From positions 62,001 to 126,000 of the forward strand of contig CDROCS010003256.1 in assembly GCA_977020255.1 (NCBI GenBank): a stretch of 64,000 nt of DNA, given 5' to 3'. The notes beneath the pieces are model-generated. The model searched no databases, was not told where the DNA came from, and was given only the letters and a program-made list of their open reading frames with translations. Shown here in pieces: positions 35,588-45,648 of this stretch (position 1 is the first letter of the stretch; each line of letters starts with the position of its first letter). The translations under genes and the position numbers were made by a program. The stretch is from Obrimoposthia wandeli (Eukaryota).

Positions 35588-37691
35588 CTAATGTTTATAA
35601 ATTATATTTTTGAAAATCCTTACGAAGTCTTCATTGGGATCATTTGGGTCGTATTCCCTCCGACTTATTTTGATAGGAGAAAGCGGTACTGGTTCCTTCT
35701 TCTTTGGCCGGCCTGGTTTCTTTTTCGGCTTCACCGGTTGCTGTACAGCAATTGTCCTTCCCTCAGGTTTTGGCAATAGTTGCCGCAACTTTTTGGGAGG
35801 AGGTGCAGCCGATGTTGATGGCCCCGACATAGAAGCAGTAGCCTTCCTCTTCCGCGGAGCTTTCTTCTGTTTCTCCTCCTTCTCACGCTGAAGCTGGCGT
35901 GAGACGGCATCCTGTTGCCCACGCGAATCTGGAAGCATTGCGGGTGTATCCAGTTCCGGAATTCGTCCAAACCAGCGTCATCCCAGGCCCTCTTCAAGTT
36001 TTGGCTGGTTGTTGGACGAGGAGAAGCAGTCTCCTGCAGGCGTTGTTGACTCGAGTGCGGACTTATCTCGATCGGCGAGACTGAGATCCTCTCATATAAG
36101 ATAGGCCCGTCGTCCATTGGAGGAGGGAGAATCTCCTGCTGGCCAATCACCGCCTCAGAATAATGGCCAATTGAGGTTCGAATTTTTCTCGCGCGCCTCG
36201 TCTTCTTCACCTCTGCCCGCTTTGTCCTTTTCTTAGGGAAAGGAGTAACTTCTCCCCAAGTCTCCTCAATTATCCGGACAGGTTCCTGCAAATGAAAACA
36301 AAAATAAAATTTCAAATAAAATTTTATTTAAATAAAAAAATATTTAAAATAACAAAAATTACCTCAATAATCTTAGACGGAAGGTTTTCCTGCCGCTCAA
36401 TCGTTACTTCACTCGAATTGAGCAGACAGGATTTCGCCTTTCTAAGACGCCGTGTCTTCCGTACAGTAAGCTGCCTCGTTCGCTTATGCGGGAAAGGAGA
36501 AATTTTGGCCCATGTCTCCTCAGTTAATATTATTGGTTCCTGCAACAAAAAAACATTAATAAAATTTAAACATATAAATAATTTACCTCGATGACGGGCA
36601 GATTAGCCTGTTTCACCAACTTGGCCTTCTTCCGATGGACCGTATTGGTTTTGATTCGATGACGTCGAGGTTTCCTAACTGCCGCTTGCTTCCTATCGAT
36701 AGGTAGTCTCCGAGATGCCTCCTCCTAAATTTCCTCCACCAACTCAGCTTCCTAAGTGAATAATTAAATAAATTTACTAATTTATAATGATATACCTCAA
36801 TTTTAGCCGGAGTCGGTAGGTATCTCTGATCACTCCTGGGATCATCCTGGCTACATTGACTCGCCAAGTATTGCGGTTCAATTAGCCTCTCAATCGTGGT
36901 CACTGACGGTGCCAAATCCAGTTGCAGTTTCTGAAAATAAAATTAAAAAACATTTTAAATAAATGATTTCTAACCTCATTCGTCGCCTTTATTCTCCTAA
37001 CAGGACGTATCGGAGATTGTGGCCTTCTGAATGGATCAGGCACTGTAATGTTGGGTATTGGAGTCGGAGTTGTAGAGGGAGTGAGACCATCCCATTCGTC
37101 AGTGAACAGATCCCACTCATCTTCATCCATTTCTGCAACCATGGACTCGTTGGCTCCTGGGGCTCCGATACTTGGCTGTATCCACTTCTCCTCCCCATCC
37201 GACGGAACGTCATCAGTAAACAGCTCCTCGTCTGAGTCTGGTGCCAGTATTATCTCCGGTTGAGACAGCGGGATCAATTTCCAGGGGCATTTGATTGCCG
37301 CCTCGAAATTGTCAAAGAGATTGGATCTCCTTGCTGCTACTGCTGAAGTTGCCGGACGATTGGCTTCTGTGTTCAGCCTGGGAGTACAGTCTTCCCAATT
37401 CTCTATCGAATCCTGACTAGTCAGATCTATATATTGGGATCTCTGTACCCCACCTCGCACGCTCATTGGTTCTTCTCTTGGAGTTGAGCTGGCCAATGGC
37501 GGTTCTTCTAGCAACAGTTGGGCTCTTGCTGCTGCTTCTCCTTCGTCTCCTTCAGTCACCACCGACGAGTCTTGACTAAGTAAGCCAATGTACTGCGCCG
37601 GTGGTGGCGTTCGCTGCTGTACTGGAGAGAGATCTCCATACAGTTGAACCTCCGTCTCTTCGTCTAGGTCAACGTTGTTGTAGATTGGCAT
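35588..37691 (-). pseudogene. Five-exon 'gene X' of copy B (exons 37691-36975, 36930-36796, 36751-36587, 36539-36363, 36285-35588; ~630 aa consensus)
   Basis: Four phase-0 GT-AG introns (44, 44, 47, 77 nt). TGG>TAG in exon 3 and a 4-nt deletion in exon 5 relative to copy A. Confidence 0.8.
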
Positions 37692-37759
37692 TCTTGCTTC
37701 TTGATTAATGATATTTGATTTATGAAAAAATAATGAAAAGAGGTTTCCTTATATACAAA

Positions 37760-38150
37760 AATAATAGACTAACCCTCTTTTGTCGTCCAATGAGAGCGGG
37801 TTAATCAAATAATTTTTTTGAAAATCAATAGGCTATTCTCAATTTTTTTTAACTATGCTGGAATGCTGGAATGTCATTGGATAAAACATATTTTATTCGA
37901 AAATATATCACTAAACTTTTGTCGTCCAATGAGGGCTGGTTATTCAAATAATTTATTTGAAAATCAGTAGGCTTTTCTCAATTTTTTAACTATGTTTGAA
38001 TGCTGGAATGTCATTGGATAAAACATTTTTTATTCGAAAATATAACTATTTTCTCAAGATTTTCTTAAAATTTTGTTGTATAAGTTTAACGTCCAATGAA
38101 AACGTATTATTCAAAGAATTTATGGTATTTTCTTAAATTTTGTTGATGTT
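37760..38150. repeat. Three ~125-bp subterminal promoter-like repeats containing CCAAT motifs
   Basis: gtccaatga..ttattcaaataattt..gaaaatc..gtcattggat repeated; only one such unit in copy A (~13480-13590). Confidence 0.75.
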
Positions 38151-38344
38151 TGAATACATGTATGTCTTTGGATTAGTATTTATTACTCGTTGATCCACCG
38201 CGGGCCCGTAGGGCACGCTTTGGCCAATTTTTTGGCCTCTCAGGACCTTAATCAAAAATTTGGGAGCATTATGAGATTTTTAAATTTACAGGGTGTTAAA
38301 TGGAGTTAATTTTTTTTTTTTTGAGTGTTTGGAATGGGGGGGTA

Positions 38345-38452
38345 GAAAATTTTTCTACACACCTACACGAAATTTCACTCCACACACATGCACGGTTTTA
38401 AAGGACAGTAGGGGGGAGGGGGTGTGGATTAGACCGGACACATCCACCTACT
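38345..38452 (-). repeat. TIR of copy B
   Basis: Ends ...ggattagaccggacacatccacctact at 38452. Confidence 0.93.
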
Positions 38453-38760
38453 TATAGGATCCAAGAAATCATTAAATCTAAAGGTCGAGGTAAGAATAAA
38501 CAATATTACGTTAATAGGCTTGGATATGAAACACCAACATGGATAAAAGCAAACCAGATAGAGTAAAAAATTTATATATTGTATTACCATATAATAGTTG
38601 TCCAAACAATCAACCTGATAATACCGCATCGAAATTTATTGTTGATTGGTAAAATCTGATAGAACTTCAAGGTGTATTGGAAGTTACATTGACATAATTT
38701 ACTTATAGTAATACACCTGTTATTTTACAAAAGGGTGGTGAAATTAATTTTAAGGAAACG
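38453..38760 (+). pseudogene. Integrase C-terminal chromodomain (38453-38566) followed by penton N-terminus, from another Maverick
   Basis: YRIQEIIKSKGRGKNKQYYVNRLGYETPTWIKANQIE* (chromodomain pattern), then LYIVLPYNSCPNNQPDNTASKF..IELQGVLEV (penton start), with stops. Confidence 0.82.
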
Positions 38761-38788
38761 ATTAGCATTTTAAATCCGATACTGTCTC

Positions 38789-38870
38789 AGTAGGTGTGAT
38801 TTTAAAGATGAGAAAATAATCACATCGTCGAAAATTTCATGGGGGATTAGACCCGACATATCCACCTACT
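38789..38870. repeat. 82-bp segment bounded by AGTAGGTG and CACCTACT; right end is a clear TIR fragment
   Basis: ggattagacccgacatatccacctact matches the TIR end; the left match is only 8 bp. Confidence 0.6.
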
Positions 38871-39019
38871 CATATAAAATGTTCATTTTAGTATATTCTA
38901 ATTTTTGTTTTACTAAAACTTCATTATTAGTTATATAATAAATTGTATAATCAACAAGCATTTTCAAGATGAAATCAAATAACATATATTTCTTTATAAA
39001 TAACTTCCAAGAAAATATG

Positions 39020-39560
39020 CAATAGACTTATCTTGACAATGATAATCAAAATCTTTAAGCAAATACACTTAGAGCAGGGGTGCGCAACAGCGGCCCGCGG
39101 GTCACATGCGGCCCTCTATGCAAGTTAGTGCGGCCCTCGCTAACAAAATTTATTTTTTACCTTCCGCAGGATTTGAATCTGTTTCGCCACAGTAAGGTAA
39201 ATTTTACAGTTTTAAAATCTAAATTCCAAGTGTCTCATTAAAACGATTTGCCAAGATTTATTCCATAGGTAAAATAAATGTTTTTCTGAATGCAAATATA
39301 TTGTAAAATTTTTGAATTTATTATGCATATGAATTCTAGATTTTCAGTGTGGCCCACTTAATATCTGAAGTGATGTTATATGGCCCGCCGACTAAAAATG
39401 TTGCACGCCACTGACTTAGAGTATCTAACTTTAAAATTCTCAGTGCTGCAAACAATTCTGGTTCAAATATACAATTTCTTCCCATTTTCATAGATACCTT
39501 ACACAAATTAACCTTCTTGTTGATATTCACTAAGATACTTATATATTAATAATCTTTATT
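39020..39560 (-). pseudogene. Diverged TBP-like relic interrupted by a hAT MITE
   Basis: KVNLCKVSMKMGRNCIFEPELFAALRILKL (ORF 39336-39530); LKDFDY remnant on the other side of the MITE. Confidence 0.8.
39075..39413. mobile_element. hAT-superfamily MITE, 339 bp
   Basis: TIRs CAGGGGTGCGCAAC / GTTGCACGCCACTG; perfect 8-bp TSD acttagag (39067-39074 and 39414-39421). Confidence 0.93.
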
Positions 39561-40139
39561 GTCTTTTTACTATAAACAAAACCATATTTAAAATATTCAA
39601 TGTCAAGAGTGCTCTACGACCATAGAAGGCTCTGTGAGGGAGAATTTGACCATTTCTGAACCAAAAATCATAAATCTCGACAATCGGGCATACTGAAACA
39701 ATCTTTATAATAGTACATACTAAAACTTTGTAGTAAAATGAAGCCCCAATTATAATAGAATAGTATTGATACTAGGACTTTGGAAAAAAGAGCTGGGCGT
39801 ACTTTCCCTGCGGTGGGGGCTTTGTTCCAAAATTCCAGCACTACTGGAGAAGGTCAGCTAAAATTCACATTTATACAGTTATTTTTGTGTTGGTTTCAGT
39901 CTCATGATGTAGTCATTTGGCATCTAACAATATATCAATTAATCAACATTAAACGATAAAAACAACGTCAACTTAATATTAACTATATAAGTACATCAAA
40001 TTTAAGCAGAATGTTCTTTTTTCAGTAAATAGTTTCATGACAGAAAGGGTTAACATATGTTAACAAGACGAATTAGGTGTGAAATTCAATAGACTATTCA
40101 TTTTATTGACATATTGGCCGCCCACAACATATTTCTTAA

Positions 40140-40820
40140 CCCTTACTACGCTGATTTTTTTTTATGTTAACAGCCACATACTGAGTTGTTTTTGGAAATA
40201 TTTGTGTATAAGAGGCATGTTGTTAGAGATCAATTTCTTATATAAATTTGTCAAATAAAGTATAAAAACCCTATATGAAATTTGTTATATATAAACATAC
40301 CAATATTTCCTTATGTTTTTTTCCAAAATATTTCAGTTATTTACACCTGGGCAGGTGTAAATAAGGTGAAAAAGGTAAAGAAATAAAGCGAAATATTAAA
40401 AATGATACTAGTTTCTTTTAATAAAGGGACTTTTGAGTACTTTTAACATATATTATAGATTAGGGTAGGTTGAGAGGAAATTGTTATGAAATTGTTTCAA
40501 TTTTAGCCACGTAATAATTACAGGTAAATGTGTATTATTTACCTTGTATTTTACCCTTTTTCAACATCTTATTTACACTTTATTTACTGACTTATGAGAC
40601 ACTATGAAGTTGACTAGTTAGTCTGATGAATATAATACCAATGTAATAAAGGTGAGTACAAACTACAGGTAAAATCAGGCATATCCAGCAGAGGGCGCCG
40701 TATGTAATTACCATAGCAACATTGTTCCCAAACACACTAGTGAAAACGAATATAGTCGTTTTCCGTCCTCAAACTGCAGCGTATCGGAAACGAGTTAAGT
40801 TGTATCCCGCGTAGTAAGGG
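40140..40820. mobile_element. Non-autonomous piggyBac-like element, 681 bp
   Basis: TTAA on both sides; 12-bp TIR CCCTTACTACGC / GCGTAGTAAGGG. Confidence 0.88.
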
Positions 40821-41138
40821 TTAATGTATTATTATTAATTCTATTCAGAATTTGACACATTCAATGGCGATCAACTGTTTCCAACAATCTGTAATATACA
40901 ACGTAAACTATATTCGTGTGCATGTGTGTGTATCAGCATAAATTAACAGTATACACACTCAAAACTGCACAGAGTCATGTTGTGGTTTACAAAAAGCGTA
41001 AGAAATAAAATCAGTTAGGGTAGCAGCAAGCTGCAGAAACATTGTCAGTGTGGTGATGTTGTGTTCTATTGATCGGTTCATCTAGTTTAAGCGAGCTTTA
41101 ACTGCAATCGTGTTCAGAATCGACTCACATTTAGTTAG

Positions 41139-41561
41139 TTGGCAATGCGAAGTCAAAAGTCTGGAAACGTAAAAATACTGAAGTATGAGGCTGTAATATG
41201 CCATTTCAAGGCGCCGAAAGAGAGCAATGATGTGAAATTGGATAAATTGAAAGAGGTGTTCACCAAGTCAATGTTGGTCAAGAAATGGAAGGGAACTATT
41301 ACTTTGACGCAAGACAACGTGAAAATCAAGTCTGTCAACAACTACTTCAATCGGCATTTTAAGTACACAGATGTGAAGATGCTCTATTCTCCGACAGACA
41401 ACACCAGCCAGATGATGTTAACTTTAGAGGACACCGAAATTTACTATTTCATACTCCAATTCAAGGACAGCGATCAGATAAGCAAGCTGGTTGAGGTTAT
41501 GGACCAAAAGAAGAACTATGAGATCATACCCAGTCGTCATGCACAGAGCAATTATAGGTAA
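41139..41561 (+). CDS. Intronless 140-aa ORF, possible PH/PTB-like fold
   Basis: Clean ORF with higher GC than its surroundings; alternating beta pattern and C-terminal helix (YYFILQFKDSDQISKLVEVM). Fold call is an impression only. Confidence 0.5.
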   Translation: MAMRSQKSGNVKILKYEAVICHFKAPKESNDVKLDKLKEVFTKSMLVKKWKGTITLTQDNVKIKSVNNYFNRHFKYTDVKMLYSPTDNTSQMMLTLEDTEIYYFILQFKDSDQISKLVEVMDQKKNYEIIPSRHAQSNYR

Positions 41562-42599
41562 ATCAGCACCGATACTTACCCTAATTCCGAGGAGCAAACT
41601 AACGGTACGAATTGATGTACATTTATGCATAGTATGTAGAACATTGATAACTTTATTTTTGAATTGGAATGTATTGTTGTCAAATATAAGTAGATCATTT
41701 GTAGCAATTAATTTTCTGATTTAATAAACTCATGTACAATTAAACATTAAACCTGTTTCTGCCTACTTATCGTTGATTTATATTGGAAAACTCAGTAGTA
41801 GGTGAAAGTTAAGCAACTGAAATAAAAACATGGGTACCCCTTGATGTCAATGAAACTTACTCGAGGTATATTTTAAAATATTTAATTATGTCGGATATTC
41901 AAGTTTTTACTATCATGTTAGCATCATGATTGTATGTTTGATGTGTGGACGTGGCTTGAGTAATGCAGTTTGCAGTCTAGCCATGGAGTAGCTACTGCCG
42001 ACTAAATGAAGTTATGTGTTAAAGGTACCCTCTTACTGCCTTTACTGTATTGGTGGGAGGAACTTATTGCATGTTCAATGAAGTTGTCAGTTAGATGGAC
42101 AGATACTCTACTGAGAAAAGAGGGAGGGTACTTATTCCCTGTAAGTTGTTTATACTTTTTAAGTCTATGACCGAGGTTACCATTCCTACATGGGCCAACC
42201 CTGCTTTCCGGGTGGTGAGCTCGATAATATTTGCATCATCTCCATAATGTTTATACTCTGGTTACTATTCCTGTATTACCAGGTGGCTATCCTTGATAGA
42301 AAAACATTGTTTTAGACATTTAATAGTTCAAATATTACAAGACTTTATTAAAATCAAACATATTTTCAATCCCGAATTCAATCAATTCCAGCGCACTGTA
42401 AACGAAAAAATAGAAGTGCCTGAAAATGTTAAATGTTTTTCTTTGATTTTTTGATAACTGTTCATGTTAAGAATGAAAATACAATTTCATAGTTTATATA
42501 CATTAAATCACATACTCTAAATTAATTGATTGGGGTTTCCTTATGTTTATTGGATGGTTCAACTAAAATGTATTATATATTTTTTACTTATAAAATTCC

Positions 42600-44650
42600 A
42601 GTAGTAATAAAAAAACATTTTTAAATTCAAATGTACATTTTATCTTTAATATTTTGGTCATAAAAATATCCACTCTTGAAACGGTTAACCACCTTCATTT
42701 CCATCCTTAAATTTTCAAACCATATCTTTGATGTCTGTAGAAAATAAAATGTCAGCCGTTGTATATTTATGAATATTGAATAAAATCGTCAACTGTTTCA
42801 TTCAACAAGTCTTTTTGATTGACATTGTTCATTCTAAAAAGAAAGAATCGGTATCCATGATCACTATATTAATTGCACGATCATTGCTTCGTATGAAATT
42901 AGCAAATTCTAGATATTGTAGTTGATACATAGTTGATACATAGTCAGGAAACACTGGTCTATTTAGGCAAATTTCTTTCTTTTGCATCAAAGCAAGATTT
43001 AATAGATTTGAATCTGTTGTGTGACATTTAAGCCGATCATTTTTACACAATCGTTTATCCAATGTAATTTTAGCTTTTGCTCTCTTTGACGAATTAAAGT
43101 CAATAAAAGACTTGAATATTTGAGTTTGTCTAAATGACCAACTGTATGAATTTATCTAATTTCAACACCTAAAAACAAATAAAATTGCAACAACTGAGAA
43201 TGTAATATGTAAATTTTCTTTTCTTCATGGGCCTACAGTAATTTTGGCACCTTACTGTTTGATGAACATTGTTTAATTGGTGCGATAATTAATTCATCAA
43301 TGTTACCATGTAAATATTTTGGTACATGCAAGTTAACTTCAAGTTAATATGCATATTTCTCAAGTCTTTAATCATACAATTACGTAAGCGTAAAGAAAAT
43401 TATTATTTTACCATTTTTGGTGATGTTAATCCATGAAAACTGTTCATGTGATAGAAATTGGCTTAGTACCCACCCATACAAGTGGTTTATATCAATATAC
43501 AAGAGTATGTGTCTTGCACAATTGTGTTTATTGAAAAACGTTATCCATCCCATTATATCGAATTTTAACATGTTGTACATAGCTGGACCATGAAGCAATT
43601 CAACTTCATATTCCGGAGTTTTAATAACACTTGCCCAACTTAAATTGAGTTTACTGCAAAGATTTAGTGCATCCAAGTTGTCATCTCACAACAAGTACAC
43701 ATCTAGTTACATCTAGTGCATCATATAATCCCTAACATGAGTGCATTGTAAACATCTCACGTTTTCAACGAATCATCATATTGATTAGCAGTAGCATATG
43801 AAGGAAAATCAGAAAGAGGTGATATTTTATTTCGTTGCTTCTAATAATATCAGATCTCAAATTTCTATTACAATGTGGAAAATTAGGCAAGTAAGAAACT
43901 TATTTTTCTAGACTCGCTGATGTAAAAAATAAAGAATCCATAACTTTTATAGCATCTGCTTGCATCGGAATGATTAGAAACATGAATTTCTCATTGGATT
44001 TTGGTATAATTGAGTAGATTTTATCCTAAATGTTTGAGTATTTCATTATGTGATGAACATAATTATCCATACGGTTATAAACTACAACGAACAAAAACGG
44101 TTGCTTACTAATTTGCCTGGTTAAATTACACATGGTGCAAGCTGCCCGAGGAAAACATCACTGAAGCATTTGTAGCATTTCTGAAATTTATACTATCTTA
44201 GTTTGTTATTACAAGGTACATTTATTCTCTGTTTATAAAATGGAGTACATATGATTTCTAAAATATAATTCATCCTAATTCTTTTTTCGAATCAATCTTA
44301 TATAAATGAGTTCATGTTCATGTTTGTACTTGATGTGAGGTTCCAGTATGCTTTCAAAGTCAGCATACACAGCAGAGAACTTACACACACAGAGAAGAGT
44401 TTGTTAATTCACGAAAGTTTCTGTGGGCAAGGTAAAAAGTGATGTTGCATTTGTGTTTAGGTTACAATTAGTTAAGTGATTTTCAAATAAGGTCTCTGTT
44501 CTAAATCTTAGTAAGAACTTGCTATTCCAATCATGTATAATATTGAATTGTTTAGAGCTTAGTAATATATTCAAGTCACATATAGAAATATAATATTTAT
44601 ACTCGAGTAAAAGTAAATTCACAATAACATTTTATTGTTTATGTTTTGTT
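42600..44650 (-). pseudogene. Second, more diverged Maverick pPolB relic
   Basis: NLLLLE..HLTNC (44404-44622), VYADFESIL (~44345-44370), YIDINHLYGW (43380-43676), KKEICLNRP..DTDSFFLE (42829-43062). Confidence 0.9.
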
Positions 44651-44807
44651 CTGTAAATGGTGTCAACATTAAGATTTAAAAAAGAAACTTGTTTGTAGCT
44701 CGTTGTTCATTCGCAGCATTATAACTAAAAACTGTATTTGAAGTTTATTTTCTCTCCACACATTTATCCACACATCGAATATCCAAGCATAATGCTCAAA
44801 TCATAAA

Positions 44808-45203
44808 GTGGCAGCCTCAAGTCATCAAACCAGGGAAACCCACTGGCTTTATTGGCTTCAGCTTACGCTTTATACTACTGACCATGAGCATCACGAGGAG
44901 ATTGTGCGAGATCCGAGATATAACTACACTCACAAACCCATTACAGGTGAAAGGGAGACCCAACCCACGTCGGGGTATATGCAAGACAACCATCACAATC
45001 ATCTTGAAGAGCGAGTGCATCCAAAACAGTCTGGATTAGGTCGCCACTTCATATTCAATACCGAGGAACAGCACCCATCCTTCTCCAGTGATGAGGAAGA
45101 AGATGAGATCGACGAAGAGGACCTAAATGGTCGCTGGATCGAGGAGATCACCTACATTAAGTACCAATTGGTCTTCCACTTCACATTATTATTCCAATAC
45201 TAA
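44808..45203 (+). CDS. Orphan 131-aa ORF with His-rich and acidic tracts, just upstream of the UBL exons
   Basis: Open frame with GTG start and elevated GC; no recognisable family. Confidence 0.35.
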   Translation: MAASSHQTRETHWLYWLQLTLYTTDHEHHEEIVRDPRYNYTHKPITGERETQPTSGYMQDNHHNHLEERVHPKQSGLGRHFIFNTEEQHPSFSSDEEEDEIDEEDLNGRWIEEITYIKYQLVFHFTLLFQY

Positions 45204-45648
45204 TAGCTTCGATATGTTTCTCGGCCAGTCCAGTTAATGGTGAAAGAAAAACATTAAATAATTATGCAACAAGTTTTCTTGAAAATTCTTCTTTAAGCAA
45301 TTTTGTTGCTGTTTTTCTGTGGTCATTTGACAATTGAGGTATATATGAAAAAATAGATTTAGAATAATTTATATCAATTGATATTGATAAGAAAAAAAAC
45401 AGATTGTGTGTTATATTTAAAATTTTTTTATAGCTAGTATAATTTTATAAAAATTATGCACAACTTTAAGATAAATTTCACTTTTTATTGTTTTAATTTA
45501 CGTAATATTTTAAGTTTGTTATGTTTTTCATAGTCACATCAAAATCTAATTTTTTTTCAATATATTTTATAGGCGTTATCTTTATCTTATTGTCTCTTAA
45601 ATTTGTTGTACGGATCTCCCAGAGCTGTTATCATTTCAAATATCCCAG

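Larger units (their letters stand above)
22541..38452. mobile_element. Maverick/Polinton copy B, near full length (~15.9 kb), mutationally inactivated
   Basis: TIRs at 22541-22650 and 38345-38452; contains pPolB, integrase, ATPase, MCP, penton and adenain. No matching 6-bp TSD (tcacac vs tatagg). Confidence 0.96.

Noticed and set aside
13217-38452. A single Maverick with 3-kb TIRs
   Set aside because: There is an internal TIR at 22541, the core genes are duplicated in inverted order, the arms are clearly diverged, and no TSD matches; two elements explain it better.
41800-42300. Possible LINE 3' remnant
   Set aside because: GC-richer patch, but no convincing RT motif in any frame.
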